A stretch of 35,440 nt of DNA. Source: a candidate division TA06 bacterium (GTDB lineage: Bacteria; Hydrothermota; 32-111; QNBC01). The stretch spans positions 1 to 35,440 of the forward strand of contig QNBC01000003.1 of the NCBI GenBank assembly GCA_003641665.1. The letters run 5' to 3'. A program made the position numbers and the translations under genes. Of this stretch, positions 8,700 to 20,371 are shown in pieces; position 1 is the stretch's first letter; each line of letters begins with the position of its first letter. The notes below the pieces were generated by a model. That model ran no database searches. It saw only the letters and a list, made by a program, of their open reading frames with translations, and was not told where the DNA came from.

Positions 8700-10307
8700 A
8701 TGAAAATGTTTTTGTTCATTCTATTGTTTCCCTTTATGCTATTTTCAGCAAATCTTATACAAAATCCCGGTTTTGAGACATGGGCGGCTGACGATTCCAT
8801 TCCGAATAATTGGTTAATTGAGAACAATTACTATGTTTGCTCCGCAAAAGAGAGCACAAACGTATTTGCCGGTAACTACAGCATTAAATTGGACAGAATA
8901 AGAGCCGGTAACGACGGTATAAAACAATTTGTAAAATCGGGAATTTCTTCCGGAGATACATTTGTTTTCTCTATGTATGTTCTCGATAACGACTCAACAA
9001 GAATAGGTGGCTTTCTCAGGACTTATAAACACGGAGGAGGGGACTCCACTGTTTTTCTCCCATACAGTTCTGATAACACATCATTTCAACAAATTGCAGA
9101 CACTTTTGTTACGCCTAACGGGGCATGCAGTATAGGCGTTTTTATAAGATTATACAAAGATACAGCAGATTCCGGCGTTGCCTTTGTTGATAGTACATAC
9201 CTCGACATTCATTCCACCGGACCTCATCAACCTCCATTTTTATACGATGAAGAAAAAACACCTGATAATGTAACTTCCGATGACGATGTTGTTACATTCA
9301 TATCCGTTTCCACGGACGATAATGCTACAATTGCAGCAGATACGATGTTTTATAAAATTAATGACAACGGGGTGTTTACAGCCGTCAACCATGATAGTAT
9401 GTCGCAACAAACTTATTACTATTCAATTCCTAAACAAAGTACCGGTGATACAATTTTTTATTATTATAAATTCAAAGACAGCGATGATTCGATTGCAATT
9501 TCCGATACTCTCTCCTATGTCGTTCAACCGAAGAACGTCCCTGATGTTTTCATCAACGAGATCATGTACAATCCAAGCTCTTCACAGGGAACTGATGATC
9601 ACTGCGAATATTTGGAACTCTGGAATCTTGAAGGAAGTACGGTTGATATGACAGGATGGACTCTATCCGACGGAGAAGCGACTTTTACATTTCCTTCACT
9701 ACAAGTCGCGGCAAACTACTTTGTGGTTGTATGCAGAGATACGGATTCCATAAGAGGATTTTATCAAACAAAAGCACTCGGTGACGGGGATGACTATCTT
9801 CTCGGCAATATGTCCCTTGCACTAGGCAATAGTGGAGATCAGGTGATATTAAAAACAGGCAATTCAACGCTTGTGGACTCCGTAAACTACGATGATGCTT
9901 CCCCCTGGCCAACAACGCCTGACGGAGGCGGTCCTTCGCTTGAACTCGTAGATCCTATGAATTATGCAAGTCATAATCAGGGAAGTGGTTGGGCAGCATC
10001 TGCCGATAACGGAACCCCCGGTGATATAAATTCCACGTATAATCCGTCGGGGATTTCAACCGAATCCCATGATACTCCTCCAATAAGTTTAATAAAATAT
10101 CGGAATCTGCATCTCAGTGTAAATTCTCCCTACGAGGGCAAAAAATCTGTTTCTCTATATGATATTTCAGGGAAATTACGGTTTAAGAAAATATTTTTCT
10201 CAAAAAGTAAGACTTTTAAATTATCGGATTTCGGTAACGGCGTCTATTTTGCACATATCAAATCATTGCACGAAGACGGAGTTAAAAAAATAGTTATTAT
10301 AAAATAG
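8700..10307 (+). CDS. Secreted lamin-tail-domain protein with CBM4/9-like N-terminus and T9SS type A-like C-terminal domain
   Basis: Signal peptide; NLIQNPGFE; VFINEIMYNP...EYLELWN...GWTLSDG...GTPG; LYDISGK...GVYF...KKIVIIK. Confidence 0.85.
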   Translation: MKMFLFILLFPFMLFSANLIQNPGFETWAADDSIPNNWLIENNYYVCSAKESTNVFAGNYSIKLDRIRAGNDGIKQFVKSGISSGDTFVFSMYVLDNDSTRIGGFLRTYKHGGGDSTVFLPYSSDNTSFQQIADTFVTPNGACSIGVFIRLYKDTADSGVAFVDSTYLDIHSTGPHQPPFLYDEEKTPDNVTSDDDVVTFISVSTDDNATIAADTMFYKINDNGVFTAVNHDSMSQQTYYYSIPKQSTGDTIFYYYKFKDSDDSIAISDTLSYVVQPKNVPDVFINEIMYNPSSSQGTDDHCEYLELWNLEGSTVDMTGWTLSDGEATFTFPSLQVAANYFVVVCRDTDSIRGFYQTKALGDGDDYLLGNMSLALGNSGDQVILKTGNSTLVDSVNYDDASPWPTTPDGGGPSLELVDPMNYASHNQGSGWAASADNGTPGDINSTYNPSGISTESHDTPPISLIKYRNLHLSVNSPYEGKKSVSLYDISGKLRFKKIFFSKSKTFKLSDFGNGVYFAHIKSLHEDGVKKIVIIK

Positions 10308-10309
10308 GA

Positions 10310-11665
10310 TTAAGGTTTATATTTTTTCATAAATTGCAACCGTTTAATGGAATAGAAAAGCATGATAGCGGTAACGATTGCGGATATGGAATCTGTTATC
10401 GGGAATGTTATCCAGATGCCGTTTAATTTGAATATAGCCGATAATAGGTAAACAGCAGGGATAAATAGCAATAATTGCCTGAGTATGGCAAGAAAAAAAG
10501 CCGGTACCGATTTACCGAGGGACTGATACATGGATGATGCAACTATTTGAAAACCGATAAGCGGAAAAGCTGCAGTTATTATCCTCAATGCACTACTTCC
10601 CATTTTAATTAAATCAGGATTTTTACTAAACAGCGATATGAAAAATCCGGGGAAAAGACAGAGTATAATAAAACTCGATGTGGAAATCAGACTTGCCGCT
10701 ACGATAGAATCCTTTATCCCCTCTTTCACTCTATCATATAATCCAGCTCCGTAATTAAAGCCCACAATCGGCTGCAATCCCTGAGCAATACCGAACATAG
10801 GCATGTATGCAAGCATCAGAAGTCTCTGAATCACTCCATAAACAGCAATCCCCATATCGCCCCCGTAAACGGAAAGTAGTTTGTTTAACACGATTATCAT
10901 TAAACTTCCCACAACCTGCCTTGCAAAAGCAGAAGAACCTATGGTAAATATTTCCTTAATTAAATGCCATTTTAACCGTAATTTATTTATCCGGAATTTA
11001 ATTATACTGTACTTGCTCCTAAAATAGTAAAACTGAACAACAGTAGTTATAAATTTCGCAATCACCGTTGCAATTGCAGCACCTGCAACCCCCATATGGA
11101 GGCCGAAAATAAAAATCGGATCAAGAATAATATTTACAATTGCCGAAGTAAGCATTGTTATCATCGCCATGTTGGCATTACCTTCAGCCCTGATTATATT
11201 GTTTGTCACCATTGTGAATAGAGTAAAAAATATACCGGAAAGAATGATTCTCAAATATACAATTGAGTAACCGATGATATTCTCCGAAGCACCAAAAACT
11301 TTCAATATCTGAGGGGCAAAAACAATAGACGGAACACCTATTATGATTCCAAGTAGTACCGTAAGAGAAAGAGCATTACCCAGGGTGGATTCTGCACCGT
11401 CAATATCTTTTGCTCCCCACTTTCTCGAAATTATAGAGGCACTACCGATTCCCACGGAAAGTGATATTGCCATAACAATCATCTGAATGGGAAATGCGAT
11501 GGAAATAGCCGCTATACCACGGACACCAACCCCTCTCCCCACAAAAATCGTATCCACAACATTATAGAAAGCATTTACAATCATCCCGATCATTGCGGGA
11601 ACGGAAAGCTTGAGGAGAAGACTCCAAATCTTCTCCTCAGCTAACATTTCAGTTCTTTTATGCAT
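10310..11665 (-). CDS. MATE family efflux transporter (MepA-like)
   Basis: YNVVDTIFVG, RAEGN, NIILDPIFIF..GVAGAAIAT, QPIVGFNYGA; about 12 TM segments. Confidence 0.95.
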   Translation of the reverse strand: MHKRTEMLAEEKIWSLLLKLSVPAMIGMIVNAFYNVVDTIFVGRGVGVRGIAAISIAFPIQMIVMAISLSVGIGSASIISRKWGAKDIDGAESTLGNALSLTVLLGIIIGVPSIVFAPQILKVFGASENIIGYSIVYLRIILSGIFFTLFTMVTNNIIRAEGNANMAMITMLTSAIVNIILDPIFIFGLHMGVAGAAIATVIAKFITTVVQFYYFRSKYSIIKFRINKLRLKWHLIKEIFTIGSSAFARQVVGSLMIIVLNKLLSVYGGDMGIAVYGVIQRLLMLAYMPMFGIAQGLQPIVGFNYGAGLYDRVKEGIKDSIVAASLISTSSFIILCLFPGFFISLFSKNPDLIKMGSSALRIITAAFPLIGFQIVASSMYQSLGKSVPAFFLAILRQLLLFIPAVYLLSAIFKLNGIWITFPITDSISAIVTAIMLFYSIKRLQFMKKYKP

Positions 11666-11683
11666 AGCGGAATAATTTTATTT

Positions 11684-13348
11684 TTACGATTTTATTCTAT
11701 CTATTAGATACTTTGCCTTCGGGAATCTCTCATGGATGTAACGTTCGGCGATTTGCACTTTCTCTTCGCTATATTTCGCATTTTGAAGCATAAATATGGC
11801 AATTGTTATGATAGCTGCAATCTCCACCAAATCGCTTTCATAGTACTCTTTCTTAGTATGGTTCTCCTCTTTTTTAAGAAGCTCTACAAGTGCTTTCAAC
11901 TCATTTAACAAGTCTTTCGTTTTATTAATATGCTCAACCAAACCAAGTTCTGTTTTTTCGATAGCCTCTTCCATGAATTTGAAATACAATCCGGAAGTAA
12001 TGAAGCCTATAGCGGCAACAACCTGCAATTGCGTTGTTCCTTCGTAAATATTTGTAATTCGTATATCTCTGTACAAACGTTGTATTTTAAAATCTCTCAT
12101 ATACCCTGTACCACCATGTATCTGCAGAGCATCATAGCATATCTTGTTACCAACTTCCGTTAAATAAAATTTGGATAGCGGGGTAAGAAATCCTGCTAAC
12201 TTATTGTAGTATTGATAGAGTTTCCTAATGGATTTGTCACCTGTGGCTTCATATTTCTTCTCATATATCTTCTTATAATCTACAGCAATTGTCGTATTAT
12301 AGAGTAATGCTCTCATTGCATCCAATTCCATCTTCATATCGTCGAGCATTCTTCTAACCATGGGGAAGTTTATAATGCTTTTACCGAATTGTTCTCTTTC
12401 CTCTGCATAGGCATATGCCTCTCTATAAGCTTCCTCGGCAATCCCGAGAGCCTGTGCGGAGACTCCGATTCTCGCTCCGTTCATCAGAGTCATGACATAC
12501 TTGATCAAACCGTAACCTCTTTTACCAACAAGTTCGGCTTTTGTCCCATGAAACTCTATTTCACAAGTAGGAGAGCCGTGAATTCCAAGTTTATCCTCAA
12601 TTCTCCTAATTTGCACCGTCTCATCTCTTTCGATAACAAACATTGAGAGCCCTCTTGCATCCGTTGTACCCTCTTCACTACGGGCAAGCACAAGTGAAAT
12701 ATCGGCATTGCCATTCGTTATGAAACGTTTTACTCCGTATAATCTAAAACAACTCTCCTTTTCATCCCAAACGGCCTTTGTCCTTACAGACTGCAAATCA
12801 CTCCCTGCATCAGGTTCGGTCAATATCATTGCTCCTGTTGCTTCTCCCTTAGCGAAAGCCGAACAGTACTTCTTCTTCTGCTCTTCCGAACCAAAATCAT
12901 TTATCGTTTCGCCTATATCCTGCAACCCGAAAAGATTCATCAAACTTCCATCAGCTCGAGAAACAATTTCTATCATCATAACATAAATAAGCGTAGGAAA
13001 ATTAAGACCAAAATACTCTCTTGGCAATGTTACACCGTTAAGTCCCGCTTTTTTCAACATATCGAGGTTAATCCGGGTTCCTTTTGCGTATGTAACTTCT
13101 CCATTTTCGAATTTTGCCCCTTCTTCATCAACGGAATCTGCATTTTCCGCTATAATATCACCTGCAATTTTCCCGAGGATATTCAGGCTGAGTTTATAAT
13201 TTTCCATTGCATCATTATAATTTTCAGGAGCAAAATCGTACTTTTTTACTTCTTCGTAATTATTTTCATACAAACTTACCAGTTCACTTAAATCATAATT
13301 GTTAAGATAAAACTCTATATCCTTATTATCATCATAATAGTTTGCCAT
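11684..13348 (-). CDS. Acyl-CoA dehydrogenase (Etf-associated)
   Basis: LTEPDAGSD, GVKRFITNG, KLGIHGSPT, REQFGK, QIHGGTGY, IYEGT. Confidence 0.95.
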   Translation of the reverse strand: MANYYDDNKDIEFYLNNYDLSELVSLYENNYEEVKKYDFAPENYNDAMENYKLSLNILGKIAGDIIAENADSVDEEGAKFENGEVTYAKGTRINLDMLKKAGLNGVTLPREYFGLNFPTLIYVMMIEIVSRADGSLMNLFGLQDIGETINDFGSEEQKKKYCSAFAKGEATGAMILTEPDAGSDLQSVRTKAVWDEKESCFRLYGVKRFITNGNADISLVLARSEEGTTDARGLSMFVIERDETVQIRRIEDKLGIHGSPTCEIEFHGTKAELVGKRGYGLIKYVMTLMNGARIGVSAQALGIAEEAYREAYAYAEEREQFGKSIINFPMVRRMLDDMKMELDAMRALLYNTTIAVDYKKIYEKKYEATGDKSIRKLYQYYNKLAGFLTPLSKFYLTEVGNKICYDALQIHGGTGYMRDFKIQRLYRDIRITNIYEGTTQLQVVAAIGFITSGLYFKFMEEAIEKTELGLVEHINKTKDLLNELKALVELLKKEENHTKKEYYESDLVEIAAIITIAIFMLQNAKYSEEKVQIAERYIHERFPKAKYLIDRIKS

Positions 13349-13357
13349 ACCGCTCTC

Positions 13358-14365
13358 CTATTTCCCCAATTCTTTATACATTTTTATCATCATTGGCAAT
13401 ACTTCATTCAAGTCACCTACTATTCTCACATGGGCAATGTCAAATATGGGAGCCTCCGGATCGGTATTCACCGCTATAATGGTCCCCGATTGCTCCATCC
13501 CTACCCTGTGTTGAACAGCTCCGCTAATTCCAAAAGCAAAATAAACCTTCGGCTTTACAACAGTCCCGGTTTGTCCTATCTGATGATCTTTCCCGATATA
13601 ACCTGCATCTACGGCTGCTCTTGTTGCACCGACTTCGGCTTTTATCAGTTTGGCGAAATCAAATAATTTTTGAAAATTTCCCTTGGAACCTACCCCTGCA
13701 CCGCCTGCTACAATGATATCGGCACCTTTCAAATCAACTGTTTTTTCCTTCAATATGCGATCTAATATCTTCACTTTTTCATCTTCGGGTGATTCATCAA
13801 GAGTTAACTCTACTACTTCACCTTTCCTTGAATAATCAGGTTCGATTAAGTGCATTACTCCCTCTCTCACTGTAGCCATCTGAGGATGCATTTCGGGATT
13901 TACAATTGTAGCAATTATATTTCCTCCCCATGCCGGTCTGATTTGGTAGAGAAGATTTTCCCATTTCTTTTTCATATATTCAAAATCACCGATTTGCAAA
14001 TCCGTGCAATCCGCAGTAAGACCGCACCTTAGTGTGGATGCTATTCTCGGTGCAAGATCCCTCCCAATATTAGTCGCTCCGTAAAGAATGATTTGAGGAT
14101 CTGATTTTTTTATGATTTCGAGCATACCCCGTGTGTGGGGTATCGTTCTATACGGAGAATATTTATCTCCCTTAACGGAAAATACCTTATCAGCACCGAA
14201 TGCAAATAATTCTTTGAAAAACCTGTCATTATCTTTCCCAATAATAGCCGCATGCAATTCCGTATTGAGCTTTTCCTTCAGTTCGTTCCCTTTGGAGAGC
14301 AACTCCAGAGATACACTTCTTATTTTATCATTATCCGTTTCAATATAAACCAAAACACTTTTCAT
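13358..14365 (-). CDS. etfA: Electron transfer flavoprotein alpha subunit
   Basis: GLTADCT, GATRAAVDAG, QIGQTG, GISGAVQH. Confidence 0.96.
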   Translation of the reverse strand: MKSVLVYIETDNDKIRSVSLELLSKGNELKEKLNTELHAAIIGKDNDRFFKELFAFGADKVFSVKGDKYSPYRTIPHTRGMLEIIKKSDPQIILYGATNIGRDLAPRIASTLRCGLTADCTDLQIGDFEYMKKKWENLLYQIRPAWGGNIIATIVNPEMHPQMATVREGVMHLIEPDYSRKGEVVELTLDESPEDEKVKILDRILKEKTVDLKGADIIVAGGAGVGSKGNFQKLFDFAKLIKAEVGATRAAVDAGYIGKDHQIGQTGTVVKPKVYFAFGISGAVQHRVGMEQSGTIIAVNTDPEAPIFDIAHVRIVGDLNEVLPMMIKMYKELGK

Positions 14366-14368
14366 AAA

Positions 14369-15190
14369 TTACCCCACAAGGTGATTTTCCATTAAATCAT
14401 TAAACAGTTCTTTTATACCGTTTTCGTCCGGGCTATAATCCTTAGTTTCCTTTTTAGCAATTACCACGGATTCTATGTTCTTCACTTTTGTGGGAGAACC
14501 ATTAAGCCCGACATATTTTGCATCTACCCCTATATCATCAAGGGATAACATATCTATCTTTATCTTGCTTTCCGGTGCAATGTCAGCCTTTTTATATTTC
14601 ATCATCATCTTTACATTTTCCGGTCTCGGTATATTGGCTTCTTTTGTAACAGTTAATAGAACCGGTAATGTGGCTTTTACCTTTTCAACACCGTTTTCTA
14701 TCTCCCTATCGCAAATCACTTCTTTGCTATCAACTTCTTCTATGGAAAGGGTATACGTAATCTGTGGAACATTTAGTTTTTCAGCCACCTGAGGTCCCAC
14801 CTGGGCTGTATCTCCGTCAATCGCCTGTCTACCACAAATAATAAGATCAAAATTCGGCTCCACATGTTTAATAGCACCTGCAAGGGCCACGGATGTTGCA
14901 AGCGTATCGGAACCTGCGAGTTTTCTATCACTTATAAGCACCGTCTTATCTGCACCTCTGTATAAGGAATCCTTCAATACCTCTTTTGCATTGGGTGGTC
15001 CCATGGATATTACAGTGATATAAGCTCCATATCTATCTTTTAGTTCCAGCGCCATTTCCAGGGCGTTCAAATCCTCAGGATTGAAAATTGCCGGAAGAGC
15101 CTGCCTGTTAAGAGTGCCGTCCTCTTTCATGGCGTTTTCAGGTACATTTTTAGTATCCGGCACTTGCTTTGCAAGTACTACTATTCTCAT
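14369..15190 (-). CDS. etfB: Electron transfer flavoprotein beta subunit
   Basis: KQVPDT, SMGPP, GSDTLAT, GRQAIDGDTAQVG, GLNGSPT. Confidence 0.96.
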   Translation of the reverse strand: MRIVVLAKQVPDTKNVPENAMKEDGTLNRQALPAIFNPEDLNALEMALELKDRYGAYITVISMGPPNAKEVLKDSLYRGADKTVLISDRKLAGSDTLATSVALAGAIKHVEPNFDLIICGRQAIDGDTAQVGPQVAEKLNVPQITYTLSIEEVDSKEVICDREIENGVEKVKATLPVLLTVTKEANIPRPENVKMMMKYKKADIAPESKIKIDMLSLDDIGVDAKYVGLNGSPTKVKNIESVVIAKKETKDYSPDENGIKELFNDLMENHLVG

Positions 15191-15216
15191 AAATAACCTC
15201 CATATTTAGCATAGCA

Positions 15217-15261
15217 ATGTTATCATATTATTATTTACATGTCAAACTATAATGATAACAT
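15217..15261 (-). promoter_or_regulatory. etf promoter TTGACA-N17-TAACAT flanked by a 10-bp inverted repeat (candidate operator)
   Basis: -35 at 15245-15240, -10 at 15222-15217; ATGTTATCAT 15217-15226 and ATGATAACAT 15252-15261. Confidence 0.6.
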
Positions 15262-15417
15262 AATGATATACAAAGAAACTGTAATTACCATTTTAAAAAG
15301 CAATAACACTTCCTATTTTTTGTGAAAGCGGAGAAGAAATACGGGAATGTTGGGAATCCTTATATTTACAATCAACGGCAAAACATCTATTATATAATTC
15401 TCATATGCAATTAAATA

Positions 15418-17157
15418 TTAAACCTGCTTCCCAAGTATGGCGGCTCTTTCTTTAACCTTCTCTATAAGAGGTATAATATTCAGTGTTGTGAATATTTTTA
15501 GTGCCCGCTTGTATGCCGAAATAGCTTCTGTTTTACTTTTTCGCTCCTTTGCCTTTCCCATACAGTAATAAATCATACCTCTAATTTTATCGCTATAACC
15601 CTTTTCCGCCAATTTATTATTGATATCGTCTATAACATGCTCTCCCCTACCATTCTCAATTTGATATAACCATTCTGAAATGTAATATTTGTAATAATCA
15701 TCCTTTTTCTTGGCACTTTCTCTTAATTCTTTCGCTTTAATCAGGAAGAACAATGCTTTATCATAATTTTTCATTTCCCTATAAATATCAGATAAAAGCA
15801 AACTCGTAAGATAAATCCCATATTTATCTTTATTTTCATGATTCGCTATTAAACAGTTTACTGAAACCGCTTCGGCCTTACGGTAATTTCTCATTTCATA
15901 ATAAACCCTTGCTATTCCCCGAAGGCTCATTGCCCTTCCCAAAGAATCTCCCGTAATTGCCTTAATACTCAATGAATAATTATAATATTTTATGGAATCC
16001 GACAATTTATTTAAATCAAACATTATTTCCGCCATAATATTGTAACTTTTCGATTTGATATATATCATATCATCAAAATCTTTTCTCTTTCTCTCAATAT
16101 AAATAAAAATATCGTCCTTTGAGGAATAATCCTCTTGCTCGAATTCTCTATACATTTTCTCAAGCTCTTCCCCGTATATCAAAGCTCTATCGAGTTCTCT
16201 TTTTTTCCAATAATATATCAAAATACCATTGTATGCTCTTACCTTTTCCGCAATGGGAATGTGAGCATTATTTTCATTGAAATAGAGGAAATTTTTATAT
16301 AGTTCATCAATATTTCCCATATAATAATTCGACATAGCAATTTCATTTCTAATCCTATATTTGTACTCCCCGTTAACTTCCAATCCTTGATTTAAGAAAT
16401 AGATTGCTTCCATCGGTTTCCAAACTTTATTCAACGTCACACCCATCATAAGATACACTCTATCAATATCCGGACGATTGTATTTGTCTAAAGATCTCCT
16501 AAATAAATCAAGTGATTCATATAAATCAATTTTACTCCTGTAAATTCCACGGCAGTAATCGATAATTCCATGATTGTATAAATCCAAAAAAATCCCTACA
16601 ATATCTGCGTCAAATTTTCTTCCGGCTTGCTTTTTTAAATACTTCAATGTCTCCTCATCTGTGTATGCTCGTTTCCTGTAAACTCTCTTAGAAGTCATTG
16701 CATCAAAAACATCGGCAACAGCTATAATGCGTGACAATAGGGGAATCATATCACCTTTAAGGTGGTCCGGATACCCATCTCCAGATAGTCTTTCATGATG
16801 AGATCTTATAGCTTCCAAAACAGGGGATAAGACGGGATGTCTTCCTAACAGTTCTTGAGAATAAATTGTATGTCTTTCAATCTCATTTCGCTCTTCTACT
16901 GTCAATCCCCCCTCTTTCTTAAGAATTCTCTCATCGATTTTTAACTTACCAATATCATGTAATTTTGCAGCCAAAGATAGGATTGCAAGCTCTTTCTCCG
17001 ACAAATTTAATTCTCTACCGATTTCTACAGAAAATAACCTTACACGTTCGGAATGCCCTTCCGTATATTTATCCTTTGCATCAAGAACTTCGGATATCAT
17101 ATTTGTAATCAGAAAAAATAATTCCTTTACACTATTCGAATCGTTGTAAATATCCAA
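15418..17157 (-). CDS. HD-GYP cyclic-nucleotide phosphodiesterase with C-terminal TPR-like repeats (possible ATT start at 17169)
   Basis: HSERV, LHDIGK, HHERLSGDGYP, ADVFDAMTS-x-R-x-YR, then helical TPR-like repeats. Confidence 0.9.
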   Translation of the reverse strand: MDIYNDSNSVKELFFLITNMISEVLDAKDKYTEGHSERVRLFSVEIGRELNLSEKELAILSLAAKLHDIGKLKIDERILKKEGGLTVEERNEIERHTIYSQELLGRHPVLSPVLEAIRSHHERLSGDGYPDHLKGDMIPLLSRIIAVADVFDAMTSKRVYRKRAYTDEETLKYLKKQAGRKFDADIVGIFLDLYNHGIIDYCRGIYRSKIDLYESLDLFRRSLDKYNRPDIDRVYLMMGVTLNKVWKPMEAIYFLNQGLEVNGEYKYRIRNEIAMSNYYMGNIDELYKNFLYFNENNAHIPIAEKVRAYNGILIYYWKKRELDRALIYGEELEKMYREFEQEDYSSKDDIFIYIERKRKDFDDMIYIKSKSYNIMAEIMFDLNKLSDSIKYYNYSLSIKAITGDSLGRAMSLRGIARVYYEMRNYRKAEAVSVNCLIANHENKDKYGIYLTSLLLSDIYREMKNYDKALFFLIKAKELRESAKKKDDYYKYYISEWLYQIENGRGEHVIDDINNKLAEKGYSDKIRGMIYYCMGKAKERKSKTEAISAYKRALKIFTTLNIIPLIEKVKERAAILGKQV

Positions 17158-17202
17158 ATTGTCTTTAATATCTAAACCTCCCTGTGGAATATACTTTATA
17201 TA

Positions 17203-17231
17203 ATAATATTTTAAATATCTCTATTTGTCAA
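17203..17231 (-). promoter_or_regulatory. sigma70-like promoter TTGACA-N17-TATTAT for the HD-GYP gene
   Basis: Near-consensus boxes upstream of SD AGGGAGGT (17183-17176). Confidence 0.7.
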
Positions 17232-17320
17232 TTGACGAATAAGAATTTAGGGTAGATAGGTCCGCCTGCATTAAGGTTCCGGCAGACAGGTATAGACATA
17301 TCAACCAGTAATGGAAATAA
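17226..17320 (-). repeat. Promoter-abutting dispersed repeat, copy A (30-nt palindromic insert at 17261-17290)
   Basis: 17250-17292 matches 34943-34985 at 37/43 nt; TGTCAA-N21-TAGATA. Confidence 0.85.
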
Positions 17321-17426
17321 AGGAGGTGAAAAAGCGAGTAAGATTTGGGAAAGAACTGAGCTCAAATCACTACATAAATAAGAACGGCTTCCACATTGTC
17401 ACTCTTTTTTTTATTTTAATAAATAT

Positions 17427-19317
<1,891 letters not shown>

Positions 19318-19339
19318 TTACTTCCTTAATTCCCGCTTT

Positions 19340-20371
19340 TCACTTATTGAGAATAAGCATAGCGTCTCCGTAACTGTAAAATCGGTAGCGTTTCTCAACT
19401 GCAATTTTATATGCATTCAAAATAGTGTCCTTTCCACCTAATGCACAAACAAGCATAATCAATGTGGAACGGGGAAAATGAAAGTTAGTGATTAAATTGT
19501 CGATAATTTTAAATTTATATGGTGGATAGATGAAAATATCCGTCTCACCTTCTCCGGGCTGAAGTGTACCCGATTCTGTGGCACATGTTTCCAAAACTCT
19601 GACCGTAGTCGTTCCCACGGCAAATATCCTCCTCCCCTCTTTCTTTGCTCTGTTTATGATAGCTGCTGTCTCTTCTGATAATCGGTAATATTCCGTATGC
19701 ATCTTATGCTCTTCCGGATTGTCCGTTTTCACAGGTCTGAACGTTCCGATTCCCACATGCAATAGTACTTCCGTTATGATTACTCCTTTCTTCTTGATTT
19801 TCTCTATCAAATTAGACGTGAAATGCAAACTTGCCGTAGGGGCTGCACACGAACCGTCTATCCTAGCAAAAACGGATTGGTATCGTTCCTTATCCAGTTC
19901 CTCGCTTTCCCTTTTAAGATACGGAGGAATGGGAGGGGTTCCGTATTTCTCTACAATCCTGTAAAAGTTCTCTTCTCCGTTTGTTTTCAAAATTCTCAAA
20001 CCCTCATCGTTTCTATCCGAAATTTTTATTTTAGACGAGCCTATACACAATATATCTCCGATTTTTGCCTTTTTACCGGGGCTTACCATTGCTTCTACGG
20101 TAAATTCATCGATGAATTTACTTATGAGGATTTCCACCTTTCCCCCCGTTTTCTCTCTCCTTGACATAAGCCGAGCGGGAATAACTTTCGTCACATTAAA
20201 AACGAGAACATCCCCCTCTCTGAAATACTCGATTACATCCCTAAAAATTCTATGTTCAATGGTTTTATTTTTCGTATGCACCACCATAAGCTTGGATAAA
20301 TCTCTCTCTTTAAGCGGATATTTGGCTATGAGAGACTCGTCAAACGGATAATCAAAATCAGAAGTTCTCAT
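19340..20371 (-). CDS. queA: S-adenosylmethionine:tRNA ribosyltransferase-isomerase
   Basis: DFDY, KVIPARL, PPY, AAPTASLHF, HVGIGTF, TNFH, YRFYSYGDAM. Confidence 0.97.
   Translation of the reverse strand: MRTSDFDYPFDESLIAKYPLKERDLSKLMVVHTKNKTIEHRIFRDVIEYFREGDVLVFNVTKVIPARLMSRREKTGGKVEILISKFIDEFTVEAMVSPGKKAKIGDILCIGSSKIKISDRNDEGLRILKTNGEENFYRIVEKYGTPPIPPYLKRESEELDKERYQSVFARIDGSCAAPTASLHFTSNLIEKIKKKGVIITEVLLHVGIGTFRPVKTDNPEEHKMHTEYYRLSEETAAIINRAKKEGRRIFAVGTTTVRVLETCATESGTLQPGEGETDIFIYPPYKFKIIDNLITNFHFPRSTLIMLVCALGGKDTILNAYKIAVEKRYRFYSYGDAMLILNK

Noticed and set aside
11698-11710. TATCTA-T-TAGATA palindrome upstream of the MATE gene
   Set aside because: Inside the acyl-CoA dehydrogenase coding end, with no TTGACA at the characteristic distance; may be chance.
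15247-15303. 18-aa hydrophobic minus-strand ORF (TTG start, MLFKMVITVSLYIIMLSL) as a signalling peptide for HD-GYP/TPR or a type I toxin
   Set aside because: Short hydrophobic ORFs are expected in AT-rich DNA. It overlaps the etf operator and lacks a polar mature-peptide tail.
17250-17292. Repeat copies as CRISPR repeats or integron attC sites
   Set aside because: Copies are kilobases apart with no spacers, cas genes or integrase, and lack RYYYAAC/GTTRRRY ends.
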